NCBI GenBank assembly: GCA_002269645.1
Contig: NIVC01004860.1
Coordinates: 1-33,031, forward strand
Reading direction: 5' to 3'
DNA: 33,031 nt
Origin: Macrostomum lignano
Lineage: Eukaryota
Shown piece after piece: positions 20,813 to 33,031 of the stretch. Positions within the stretch are counted from its first letter, which is position 1, and every line of letters begins with the position of its first letter. The notes under the pieces were generated by a model. The model worked only from the letters and a program-made list of their open reading frames with translations. It was not told the origin of the DNA and ran no database searches. Made by a program: the position numbers and the translations under genes.

Positions 20813-22424
20813 CTTTGCGTTCAAATTGGGGCGAAAATGATGTAGTTACTGCAGGCAGTAGTAGATTCTAGCAAGATTTCCAAAGCGATTCTGTGTAGGC
20901 CCCCAGAGCGCTCGTTTTTAGCGACACTCAACGATAGAGAAGAGGGGTTGGGGAAGGTTAGGGCAGGCGTGGTAAGCTCTGACTGGATGAGAGAGATTTT
21001 CTTTCCACTACGGGTCTGCGTAGTGGAGAGAAAAATCGATATCAACCCTACACTGCTGTCGTAGGGTTTGTCTGTGAGTGTACATATTCTCCGTACGCTT
21101 TCCTATAAGACCACTGTGTACACTCTTTCACGGGCGAGGGGTTGTCTAGGAATTTTACCACCCAATTCCACTGCCCAGACAAGCCTCCACAGTCCACAGC
21201 TTTAGGCTTCTATTACCCGTCTATCTTTTAGTTAAACGTGAGTCACACCGACAAACAAACAATATGGCAGTTGGGTTGGCTGGCTGGCCTGGCAGTTTAG
21301 TTCAAAAACATTTTTTAAAGTCCTCGGCTCATTCATTTTATTTCTTCCTTCCTTCAAAAGTTAACGTAACCTTTTTCATTTTTCGTCCTCGAGTTCGAGG
21401 TTCTGCTCTTGCCATGCCGGCCCCGCCCAGCGCCGAAAGAACCGCTTAGCCTTAAATATATACGGCGGCTTCCGACGAGCTTCGCCTTTTTTTCTAAATG
21501 CTATATACTACATGTATGCTCGTTATACTAAATTTTCTTTATTCACGGTATTGTTAAGCGAGCATAACACGAGTACAAATGCATGTGCATGCAACGTTGC
21601 CAAAAGTCCAATTGTGAAGACTACACTATATATAGTGTTGTGCGAGTAAATGACTATACATGTATTGTAATACTGTAATTGACCAATATCGTGAAAGCTG
21701 CCAACATTGGGGGGACTGTAACCACTATTTATTAATCCAAATGCAGTGAGTCTAGTTTATTCTAACCTAGATCCTTCGAGCGTATTTGTACGAGCTAGAT
21801 GGCATGCAGTAAATTTAATAAAAAGCTGTATTGTCTTTATAAAGTAACTAACTACTCACAGTAAGATGTTAGCTAGTGCTTTTAGAAATTAAACGAAAAA
21901 TCTTTCTAGCCAGCAGTTTTTAAAGCCGAAATAAAGGGGGGGGGTTTAAAAGTCCACGAAATTTCACAACGCCGACAAAGCAATGTAGTGTGTATAGTAT
22001 ATGGCATACTGAATAGCAACTTTTACGAAGTTCAGCTACAATATAACAATATTTATTTTTGCGGGAAACAATGTAGAATTTTGAGGGCGCTTCGACTAAA
22101 TTCTACATTTATTTTTGCCCAGAAAAAATAAATGTTTATAATATTGTCATAATGTGAGAAAATTCCGGGCGTCAATGTCGAAAATTCCGGGCTCTGTGTT
22201 GTAACATACAATAAGTTTTAAGTGTCTATGGCCATTCTTTCTTCTCATTTGTCAATTTAGGACCATAGACATATTGGCATAAGTATTTATGGGCTTAGAT
22301 TCACTGTAAAAGGAAAAAGAACGTCAGGATACATTTTAATTTGTTAGCATGCTCTTACCACGCTTCAAACATGATCAATCACTTAATCAATTATTCAAAT
22401 TTGCCTGGAGAAGTTGTATCTGGT

Positions 22425-22800
22425 ATGTCGACCGAAGAGCTGGCCTGGATTTTAGCGGGGTCAAACCGCCGGTATTTGGAGGAATTGAGCAAGGAATTCG
22501 CGGACAAGATCGAGTCAGAAGAGACTCTCGACATTCCAGACGACGTGATTGGAGAGCTAAATGAGCTAGAATTCGATGGTATACCCGATTCTTCTGTTCG
22601 GCAGAGGGCCAGGACAATATAAACCGTTTAAAGAGATTTCTGGAAGGTAACAAGCTGTCAACTGATATATTACTAATTCCAGAGTCTATTTTGGCTAATT
22701 ATCTGCGCTTCTTCTATTCGAGACTGAGAACAAAGGACAATCTGTACTATGCTCCAGCAAGTCTGATCTGAATTCGAGCAGGACTGCATCGCTTCTTGTT
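22425..22800 (+). mobile_element. Decayed Crypton-like (tyrosine-recombinase DNA transposon, DUF3504-associated) ORF fragment
   Basis: Across one frameshift and an in-frame stop it reads ...GIPDSSVRQ/GQDNINRLKRFL...ILANYLRFFYSRLRTKDNLYYAPASLI*IRAGLHRFL. This matches the LxxFYxxxRxxxGxxYxxxSLxxIRxxLxRxL pattern I recall for Crypton-derived proteins; the catalytic region was not recognised. Confidence 0.55.
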
Positions 22801-24388
22801 TTGTTTGTGTTCCGTCTACTGAAATAAAAGTACGAGGCAAGAATTGCCACATTGATGCCCTGAAAATGCAGGCATCCATATACTAAAAATATGCCTTAAA
22901 AGTTATGACAATAAAGCGGTGGGAGATTTCGACGAAGACAGAATCCTGCCGCTCTTTAGATGACTATCGGCCAGATTAATTCATTTATAATCTAATCCGA
23001 AGAAATCTTTACTTCCCAAAAGAAGGATAACCAAGGAAATCAGAAGCAACCTAAAGTACTGTTCGAACTCAGCTTAGCCTAAAATGATTAAGTACATGGA
23101 TATATACAGTAGTAAGTTCTGTAGCCGAATATTGGACTGCATTAGACAAATGTATACATGCAGCTACAGTTAAACAATACTTTTGTGAAGGAATTACGAA
23201 CATACAAGTGTCATATCAACCGGTTGTTGCTGCGAGCTCATGGAGAAGCTGAATAAAAAATCACACTTTGCTTAACTTCTGTGTGGGCCGTGGGGGTTAG
23301 CTGATTACTGGGTAGCCATATAGAGCTTACCTACTGGGTCACTTTTACAACTCGAGATTTCATATTGTCGAAAGTCTTGCTTCTTACTTTCACCAGAGCG
23401 AAACACTTTACAAGTTCGAAGATTTACGTCATCGAATTCGTTTAAGTTAGCGGAAGTGACTGCACTGACTAGCAAGACTTTGAAAAGGACAATAAAATCT
23501 TAAGTAAGGCTTTAAATAATAATGGAAAAGAGCTAAGGAATGAGTTTTTTATTGAGCAATTAATCTAGTTCTACATGTCTATCCTATATGTAAATTTATT
23601 GTCCGGAAAGCAACCATTCCAGTTCTTGATTTGGAAATTTCTGGCCAAACTTATCTTCTGGTCCGACCTTTAAACATGGCTGAACATTAATTTTAGAAAG
23701 AAAAAAACATACAAAGCAAGCTCACCGCACAAGTGTGCACAGATGAATAGAAAGCAGCAAAGATGTTGTCTAGTCTTGCGCTGATTTATATTTGTGTGTC
23801 GACTTGGTGCTTTACTAAAAGTACACAGAAAAATATTTATTTATTGCTTGACAGAAAAATTCTGTGAGATGCAGGGAGAAGCGGTCGATTGCGTTTCTAA
23901 TGGTAAAATATTTGCTCAATAGAACACACCGGAAACTACTAAGACAGACAAGTAGAGCGTATTCGGATAGTAAACTCCTAGGCCCACAGAGGATTAACGT
24001 TGGGAGGATAAGCAATAATTATAACCATAGTAGATTGATTGATAGAGTTGAAAACAGGAGGCTTAACAAAAAATTGTGCTCAAGCTGGGCTGTGCAACTA
24101 AACAAAGACCAATGTGACTGATTAATTAATTAAAACAAAGAGTATAAGCTGTGAAATATAACAGTTAAATAATAAAAAAACGAAAACACTGGGATTAACT
24201 AGAAAGCGCAACTGCACTGCGAGAATATCTGGCGAGTTGGCCGAACCAACTGATTTAATAGGGCTCAGTTATAATAGTTAGACAAGAGCTGTAAGTCTAA
24301 GTAGTAAGCTGTTAATTTAAAACTGGTAGCAAAAACACTGCCACAACACATTAAGGTAACTTTAAGGTAACTTAAAAAAAACAGCCGC

Positions 24389-24533
24389 TTAGCAGGTGCC
24401 ACAGTCGGCGATCACCACCGTCTTGGACGGCTTGCCGCTCTGGCTGCCGAGAGCCTCCATCTTCTTCACCACATCGTCGCCAGAGATCACCTCGCCGAAT
24501 ACAACGTGCTTGCCATCGAGCCACGGAGTGCTC

Positions 24534-24565
<32 letters not shown>

Positions 24566-25196
24566 GTTCGGGCCGGCATTGGCCATAGACAGCAGGAAGG
24601 GCTTCTCGTGCTTCCTGGCGAATTTCTCGTCCTCGAACTTCTCGCCGTAGATGGACTCGCCGCCGGTGCCGTTGCCGCGGGTGAAGTCACCGCCCTGGCA
24701 CATGAACTGGGGAATGATGCGGTGGAAGCCGCTTCCCTTGTAGTGCAGCGGCTTGCCGCTCTCTGAAAAGGTGAGGCAGATGAATTCTTCCAGTGTCAAT
24801 CTTAACATTCTAAATAAACATCAAAATAACATGATGTACTCTGCCGCGATGATTGAAGCAGCCACAAGTTTGCAGTAAAGTCAAGTACAGACTTGTTTTT
24901 TTCAATTTTTGTTATTACATGCGCATGCATATTTGGAAGCAGATAAAATATCGCGTGAACTGTCAAGGAGTAATAATATGGCTAATCTTGACACATTTGA
25001 ACTTGTAAGTTTGAAGTAAAAAACTTGTCAGGAGTAAACAGCAATATAAATCACACTTACTGCCCATGCCTTTCTCGCCAGTGCAAAGGCACCTAAAGTT
25101 GCAGCAGTCTTTGGGACAAGGTCATCATACAGCTTTGAACTCAATCCTGCCCAAAGGCGCACCATCAGCAGTAATGTCGAAGAAAACTTTGGACAT
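24389..25196 (-). CDS. PPIA: Cyclophilin A-type PPIase copy 2; exons 25196-25061 and 24762-24389; exon 1 carries compensating +1/-1 indels (possible assembly error or pseudogene)
   Basis: Exon 2 is identical to copy 1. Exon 1 reads [20 protein letters not shown], then AAAG CTG (extra A, giving TGA TGA) and GCAACTTT (missing A). Exon length is 136 nt, as in copy 1. Confidence 0.85.
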
Positions 25197-27124
25197 GGTT
25201 AGGCTTGGTAAATTTGGTATTTATTAGATTTGAAGAAAACTATTCATGCATGTAAGTTTGCATTCATGAATTATTCATTTTTATGAGCAAAAATATTTTG
25301 CAAGTAAATAACAGAATAATAAAAGAAATGAAAAGCAATATACTATTTCTTAATGCATGGACATACATTGATTACTAATATAAATTAGTTTTTTCTATAT
25401 ATGCTTGTAATGATACAAAACTTTTAATATCAGGGTTATATCTATTTTATCACTTTTTATAAAACAATATAAAATATAGCAGATTGAAGGAGTGATATGA
25501 TACACAAAAAGGCTTTTTCATTAATTAAATTGTATTTAAGTTCAACTTATTATAATTTATATACTCATAGCTTTTATCTTCTAAACTTTGTTGTTGTTAA
25601 ATAAGGTGGGAAGCATGGGCAACCTGCAGATCAGCCTAGAGAAGGGCTCTGCTGCTAGATATTTTGGGGGCCATATTACCAGGGGCCAAAGCCCAAGAGG
25701 CCCAGATTGGGACTAGGACTCAAGGCCTAGTTAGCAAGCCTTATTGGATGCTACAAACCCAAACCTATGGACTAATACAATGCCAACCTATAGTGCAATC
25801 AGGAGGATGGGTGCAAAGACTGATGTACCCAAGCAACCCCTCAATGACAACCCCTCTGAGTATGCACAAAATAAAAAAATTAAATTAATAGCATAATATT
25901 ATTAATATTAGGCCTAACAATTTATATAATTTACCTCATAAAACATCATTAAAGCTTAGATTTGAGCTAAAGATAGGATTCTTGTTCCAGCATATACTAG
26001 GCTACTACACAATCTAGACCTTGGCAACTGAATTATATATGAGGTTAGAGTCTGACCAAGATCAGAATTTTATTTTCAAGTGAGATTAAGCAAGAATTTT
26101 ATTAAAAAATGAGATAAGAATAAGAAGAAATGAGAATAATTTGATCAAGAATTGGAGATGTTGCTGCAATTGTAAATTTGTACAGAAGAAATAGTACTTA
26201 TGATAAGTTTGTAAAATTTAGCCTAAATTATAAATAAGTAGATAATAGGAAAACCAGGATAGGAAAAATCTGGTCAGGTGGATCAGGTGGATTGAATTCA
26301 TAAAAGTTGGGACTTGGGGTTGGTCAGGATTAGGATCAATGTCTACCATTGGCATCTAGGCTTATTTAGGTAAAAGATGGCTAAGGATGCATTTATTATA
26401 ATATATAGGCACGTGTATTGATTAGTATTAGTAGTCAAGTGATATCCTCCACCATACTAAAAATGGTTTGTCAGTAGTAGGTATCTATCTATGTGATCAA
26501 TTAGAGAAAAAATGGCCCAACAGATTTTTTTAACTTGTACTGTTTGATCAGAAATTTTTTATGATGGTAAATGCATCATAGCTAAGAAATTGCTCGATGC
26601 TAAAGTGATTTAATATTCGAAAAACATAGCTTTTTTGCAAAGGTCAAGCAGCTCTTTTGACTTAAAATGCATTGTAAGAATGCTAGACAAAAAACTGACT
26701 GGTTGAATTCTGATTCTGAAATAGATTGCATCACAATAGGCTTTTTATTTTATCGTCTGTGTACTGGCTGAATTTTGACATTGAATTGAATTGCATCACA
26801 GCGTTGAAAACGCAGTGTGGAAACATACCACAATACTTGATTTATATTGAGTAACCATATTAGTAACTTTATTAGAGACGGTATTGACTTGCCTAAGAAA
26901 TTGATTATATCATAACTGCTTTGTGTGACTTTTACTCTAACTGAATTAGTGTGAGTGTTGAATTATAAGTGCTACAAATTCACTTATAACTTCGATGAGA
27001 GCTAGCCTAGAGGTGAACAGATTAGACTGCTAATGCAGCAACCAGGGATCGAATTTTAGTAGTGTAATAAAAGTAGTGTAATTTTTTTTATTGAAAGCTT
27101 TTATTAAAAGACTAATTAAAAAGA

Positions 27125-27475
27125 CCTGGATTACTGCACTTGATAAACCAAGGGTTACTGCACTTGATAGACCAATGATTACTGCACTTGATAAACCAAG
27201 AATTACTGCACTTGATAAATAAAGGATTATTGCACTTGATAAACCAAGAATTACTGCACTTGATAAATAAAGGATTATTGCACTTGATAAACCAAGAATT
27301 ACTGCACTTGATAAATAAAGGATTATTGCACTTGATAAACCAAGGATTACTGCGCTTGATAAACCAAGGATTACTGCGCTTGATAAACCAAGGATTACTG
27401 CACTTAATAAACCAAAGATTATTGCACTTGATAACCAAGGATTATTGCACTTGATAAGCCAAGGATTATTGCACT
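27125..27475. repeat. 24-bp minisatellite (TTACTGCACTTGATAAACCAAGGA and variants), degenerate tail to ~27670
   Basis: Seen directly. Confidence 0.92.
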
Positions 27476-27689
27476 AGATTAGAAAGGGCTATTGCACTAA
27501 CTGAGACAGATTTTTTGACTTGATGAGTAAAGGATTATTGCACTAGATGAGAAAATGATTACTTAACTAGCTGAGAAGCGGGTTATTGTGCTGTCTAAAA
27601 AAGAGATTATTGTGCCAGCTGAGAAGTGGATTGTTGCACAACCTGAGAAGGCAATTATTGCATTAGCAGAGCACTAGCTACATGCTGTC

Positions 27690-28215
27690 TGGTGGATGCT
27701 TGCTATCTAGGGGGATGCTTGCTCTCGAGGGGGGTATTTGCTATTTGGAAGAGGGGGGTACTGGCTACATGTATGGGATTCTTTCTATCCAAGGATGCTT
27801 GCTATTTAGGGATTCTTGCTATCTGCAAGATGCTTGCTATCTGGGTGGATGCTTCAACAATATCTGGGGGATGCTTGCTATCTGGGTGGATGCTTGCTAT
27901 CTAGGTAGATGCTTACTATCTGGGTGGATGCTTAAATAATATCTGGGGGATGCTTGCTATCTGGGTGGATGCTTGCTATCTAGGTAGATGCTTGCTATCT
28001 AGGTAGATGCTTGCTATCTAGGTAGATGCTTACTATCTGGGTGGATGCTTAAATAATATCTGGGGGATGCTTGCTATTTGTAGGATGCTTGCTATCTGCA
28101 GGATGCTTGCTATCTGTAGATGCTTGCAATCTGGGTGGATGCTTGCTATGAGTATTAGGGAATGCTTGCTATCTGCAGGTGCTTGCTATCTAGAGGGATG
28201 CTTGCTATCTTGGGA
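27690..28215. repeat. ~19-bp degenerate minisatellite (GGATGCTTGCTATCTGGGT and variants)
   Basis: Seen directly. Confidence 0.88.
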
Positions 28216-31200
28216 ATATTTTCTATTTAGAGGGATTGTCTATTTTGTTGTCTGTTTTTTAATTTTGGAAAAAATAAATTCATTACAAATATCATTGTCT
28301 GTGACAATTTTACATGAATAAGGTGATTTTTAAAAGTAAAGAAGAATTGGTTTTTAAGAAAATATGCTGTTTTAATTGTTTTCCATGAACTATTTTTGCT
28401 TTTTGCTTATTGGGCACCCCAAAGGAGGCTGCACTAGATTGCTAGTTACTACTACTATATTTTATTAGCCTAACTTGTAGTTTAGTATAAGTTAGTACCA
28501 CTAGAGTATAGAGCCTAGACAAACTCAGGTTTTGGTCAAGTCAAGTACTTGACCAAACTTTGGGGTTTGAGCTGAGTATTCAAGTTGAGTTTTGTCAAGT
28601 AGTCAAGTAGAATGAAAATTTGGTAATTAGTGAATTTCAAACCTCAACCTTGCTTTTTGATTAGTGTTATATTTTTTTGCATTAAACTTTATATTTTTTA
28701 TTTTGTTCATATTTCCAATAACTAGAGATTCTTAAACAACACTTTTTAGCACAAAATCTTGCTTTTCAATTACTTTTGTTTGAGTAAGTTAATTGATTCA
28801 TTTAAGTGGACATATTCTAAGAAATCAGAATAACCTCAAACTAAATAAACAAATCAATTTAGCATACTTATCTCATTTAGTCCTTTCAAAATTGCTTCTA
28901 AACAATTTTTATAGTATACTTAAAATTGTAAACACTTTATTAATCCTACTCAACTTTTCCCAATTCCCGACATTTATTCCCAATATGGTCAGGAATCTGA
29001 AAAAATACCTAGGTCCCAACCAAGTTAGGATTAGGACTGGGATCCTAGTCAGGCTCTAATAGATAATAGTACAAAACAAAAGGCTCAAATGTACTTTTAC
29101 ATAATTGATATATATGTAGCAATATGCAAAAGTAAACTACTAACTATGGTTTTGCTTGTGCCATTGTATGTAATTATACTATAAGGTATATAAATATAAA
29201 TATAAAAATATTAAAAAAATATAAATAAGGTATATAAGGTACATATAAAAGGTTAAAAGTTGGTAATGGCCTATTAGGTAAGCCATAGTCTGGATCATTG
29301 TATGCCCAGAATAAATCTTATTAAAATAGTTTAATTGCACTGTGTGCAACTTTTTTTGTAAAAAATACAAAACACAAAAATCAACATTTTTAGTTTAAAA
29401 AATACTAGTTAAACTTGTATTTGAATCTGCTTTATAGAATATAATGTTAATATATTTTAATTGAAAAAGCCATTAATATACTAACAAACAAAAAACTTTT
29501 AAGATTGAGATTGAGATCTTAGTTCGACTCTACATAAGGTATTGGCCTAAGATAAGAAGACTTGTATGCTAGAATTTTCTAGGTAAAAGGATATATTGAA
29601 AATGGATCTTGAGTTTAAAAAAATTTCAAAAATATGATATCATCTTTTTTGTCTGCCTTTTTAATTTATAGGCTACATCATTTTTTTCAAAAGGCAAAAA
29701 GAAATTGTCCAAAAATAGGATAGCCTCAGTGTCTCACCAATTGGCAATTGCTTGGCCTTGTTTCTTTTTTGACTTGGAATAGGGCCTAAAGGCTAAAGCA
29801 TTTTGAATATTAATAAGTTTATTGTAACTTAAACTTTAATTTAGTATAAAATTAACATAGAATCCTAATTGTGTAAATGAAAAGCTTTATGAATACTCGT
29901 ATCAATAGAATTATACTATAAGAAACGCAAAACATATAAAAATGACAAGATCAAAAGCAATAGCAATTTTGTAAAAAATATACAAAGACCTCCACCTCCT
30001 ATCTCTGTAATGTATTTTTTTGTAAAACCGGCCTCCTAAAATATTCAAATAAACGTAGTTTCCTGTCCTACTCGAGTAGTCATTTACAAGGTCTTGACTC
30101 AAAATGAGGAGCAAGGCAGCAAGCCTGCAGGCCTGTACTATAGGCCTACTGGTCTCTGTAAATACAAACTGCAAATTTAAAAAGATTCAAAATACAACTC
30201 CTTGTCAAAGTTAAAGCCAATAAAATATAAACAAAATTACTATACACGTCATATTATTTTTAGGGAAAATTCTAAAAAACTTACTTCATGAATTTTTTTC
30301 ATTATTAGTTAATGCTCGTCTTTACTTAGCTAAAGTTATTGCATTTACACGCGGTCTTGAGTTTTTATTCCAATACATCAATTCATCCACTCACCAAGGG
30401 ACGAAGCCAAAAATCATAAGAGTACTGATTTATGAAGCAACGATAAATTTTTACTACCCCGAAAGGAACAAAGTTCATTTGTGATTGTGACTTAACTTTC
30501 GGTCTACATGTACATGTATATGGGAGCATGGCTTGGATAATACATGTATAACATGTACATGTAGTTTTCTGCTAAAACAATAATACAATAATTTTCACTA
30601 TGCCTAGTAAAGATCCATATAATAGCGCTTAATAAAGTATACATGCATGCAGCTGTTGCTTTGAAACAGTACATGTATATTTAAATGTAACATTGCTCTT
30701 CGTTCGATCAAAAAAAACATAAGCATATACATGCATAGTACATGCAATAGTAGCTGCAATTAGTTACACACATGTAGTAAAATTATTGCAAGCACATATA
30801 CTGCATTCTATTGTGAAAAATCCACATGCGATACATTGTACGTTTAAAATTAAAGCACAGGATACGCAAGGGCGCACAATATGAGCAAGCGCAGCAGCGA
30901 GAAGTACAAACCAGTTCAAAATGATGCACTCGAATCTCAAAACGATTTAGTCGTGACTTTGACTAGTTTCATTTTTTACTCTATCGCATAGAATTTATCC
31001 CTGCTTCTGTTGAACTCTACCAGCAGTTCGCTCGAGCTGACGAACCAGTTTGGCCAGGCCGGTCTTGCCCGAAGCTTTGCGGCGTGACGAGTCTGCGAAA
31101 TAATTGATATTAATCATGGGGCTAACTGAGTACTACAGTAAATCCGAGCGAGATCAAAATTTTAACGGCTTTCCATTGGTTTTGTTGGAAAATTTGCTGT

Positions 31201-31879
31201 ACAATTAAATTAATTAATTTGGCCGTTAGAGCGCGGAAAATTGCATTGCTTCGAGCTATAATAGTGATCACGCCTATGAGGAAATTGAACCAATCAAATG
31301 ATGAGCCAATAATCAAAGTACGGCCGGAAGGCGAAAAAGGCTCCACATTATCCCCGGCCCCATAATACATGTGTGTACATGTAAATGTGCTGATGTGCGT
31401 CATACGTAATCCGTAGGTGTCGGAACCGTGGGGGCATGGGGCATGGGAGGGGGGGGGGCTGAAGCCCCCACATTTGATCGATTTTTGAAACGGTGCACTC
31501 GGTATCTTGCAAGCAGGGACCGCGGATGGGAAGGGTATAAGGGTAGCTGAGCTGCCCACTCTGGCACTGAGATGAAAGTTTTGAGTCTGCTAAGTCTCAA
31601 TGCTTAACTCCAATGGAGACCCATCTGCGGGAGGTCGAAGTGGTCAAAGACCACAAGCTGTAAATAATAAACATCCTGTTGACAACACCAAAGTAGCAAT
31701 AATTAAAATCTCTCATACGCTCGCAAAGCGCTCCAAAATATTGTCTGCGTCGCGATAAAAAGGCGCTAAAATATTGCGGTCAGTAATAGGAATTAAAGAA
31801 CTCTTGCCCAAACTGGCCCGCTGCATGCTTGCAAGTGACTTTTAGGTTTACTAAGTGCACCCTTTCAATTGAGAGGCCC

Positions 31880-32400
31880 CCCTTCCGACACGTCTGTGTG
31901 CATCCATGTGGTGTGCTGTGCACCGGCTGTTGGTCGACTGTCGCCTTGAGTTGCGGCAGTCCTGACTCCCAAATTTTGCGCCATGGCGCTGACGGACAGG
32001 CGATGGCACTTCCACAATGTCAACAGTTCGTTTACTTTGGCAGTCTGATTCCCAACGTCCTGCAGCGAGCTGCGGCGGTACCGTGGGTTTTTCTGGGCCA
32101 CCTTTGGTTCTGTAAGGGGCTGGTGGTCGAGGTATCCTGTGTTACAACACCGAAACCTGGACGCTGGCAGATTCAATAGAACAGCAAGTTGACGCGGTGC
32201 ACATACGCTTTCAAGATCGGTGACGAGTGAATCACCAACGCGGCACTGTATTGCCACACCGGCCTGGCCCGTTTAAGCGACTTGTTACATGACCCGTTGG
32301 GGACTCCAGCTGGCAGGACACAGCATCATAATCTTCTTCCTCCTCATATTCAAGGCGCGGCTGATAGGGCCAGGGGCAAAATGCGCCCCAGACTGCGGAG
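31880..32400 (+). mobile_element. Decayed non-LTR retrotransposon fragment (C-terminal part of the RT ORF, RTE/L2-like)
   Basis: Frameshifted pieces DGQAMALPQCQQFVYFGSLI (cf. FxYLGS), ELRRYRGFFWATF, LCYNTETWTL (cf. LLYxxETWTL), ITNAALY and LQLAGH. These are typical post-RT motifs of LINE ORF2. Confidence 0.72.
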
Positions 32401-32884
32401 CAGCCTGATAAGCACGGCCATACACTCCATCAAGGTCTTGGTGAAGGTCGTCTGACGCGACAAAGACAAGGTGATCGAGGGGTTTCCTCCAATGCCTCAG
32501 TCTGGGCAGAGGGGGGGGGGCGTCGATCCCCAGCGCGGGACTGAGTGCTGGGCCCCGCGCTGAGCTGGTTAAAGAGCACCTGGTAACGTCTACGTCTTGG
32601 TAGGTTGTTCGGCGGCGGCCAAGTTGGGCCCGTGGTGGAGGCGTCCAAGGCGTATCTGCAGCGGCGGGCCAAGGCCTTGACTACTTCCAGTTAGACCGGT
32701 CTGGCTCTGGTTATTTGCAGCGGCCTTGGCCGCCACTCGGTTTCTCTGCCTCAATACCAGCAAGGCCACAGTCGGCGGGACCCAGCAGAAATTTAAACTT
32801 TAGAGCCGGAACTTGGAGATTAAGAATGAGGTCGTCCTAGCACTCGGCAGACAGCGACAGCTTGTAGGAGCCGGTCTGCACTCG

Positions 32885-32946
32885 TGTTGTTGTTATTGTT
32901 GTTGTTGCTGTTGTTGTTGTTGTTGTTGTTGTTATTGCTGTTGTTG
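32885..32946. repeat. (GTT)n microsatellite
   Basis: Seen directly. Confidence 0.93.
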
Positions 32947-33031
32947 CCTGCTAAAATAACCCCATGTGAGCAAAGACACAAAACTAAGCGAAACAAACCT
33001 CGCCCATGTGCTTGAACTCTTCTAGATGGCG

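Larger units (their letters stand above)
25197..29897. other. AT-rich, CpG-depleted domain containing decayed repeats
   Basis: About 15 CpG counted by eye in 4.7 kb; none in 25197-26411 or 27728-28967. Confidence 0.8.

Noticed and set aside
21001-21030. Short hairpin TCCACTACG-N6-CGTAGTGGA upstream of cyclophilin 1
   Set aside because: A 9-12 bp stem with no family match; not enough to support a terminator or RNA call.
31022-31094. Possible isolated minus-strand exon (SSRRKASGKTGLAKLVRQLERTA)
   Set aside because: No partner exons or recognisable homology, and the donor is weak.
32400-32880. GC-rich coding-like stretch after the LINE fragment
   Set aside because: Stops occur in the frames read and no motif was recognised; possibly more TE debris.

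Overview
Eukaryotic (metazoan) genomic DNA with GT-AG introns packed with mini/microsatellites and GC-rich exons. The style resembles a flatworm such as Macrostomum, but the taxon cannot be confirmed from sequence alone. Left to right: (1) last four exons of a putative beta-propeller/SOCS-box gene (+), with three 1-bp frameshifts; (2) a 4-exon secreted peptide-precursor gene A (-, 7761-6186); (3) a two-variant 34-bp minisatellite; (4) two tandem PKA-catalytic-like kinase genes (-); (5) an inverted paralog, precursor gene B (+, 15392-17865); (6) an internally deleted mariner with perfect 28-bp TIRs and TA target duplication; (7) two divergent-loop cyclophilin A genes (-) around a decayed Crypton-like fragment; (8) a ~4.7-kb AT-rich domain almost free of CpG; (9) a decayed non-LTR RT fragment. 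Main discovery: the two precursor genes are missed by the ORF track. A 39-nt micro-exon in each encodes a conserved disulfide-loop peptide, VC(A/T)DGVNLHYCY(A/S)WNV-KR, whose C-X8-C-X5-KR layout matches elevenin and excitatory-peptide/CCHamide-type neuropeptides but whose sequence I do not recognise. All three paralog pairs are mosaics of near-identical and diverged segments. All coordinates and counts were read by eye.
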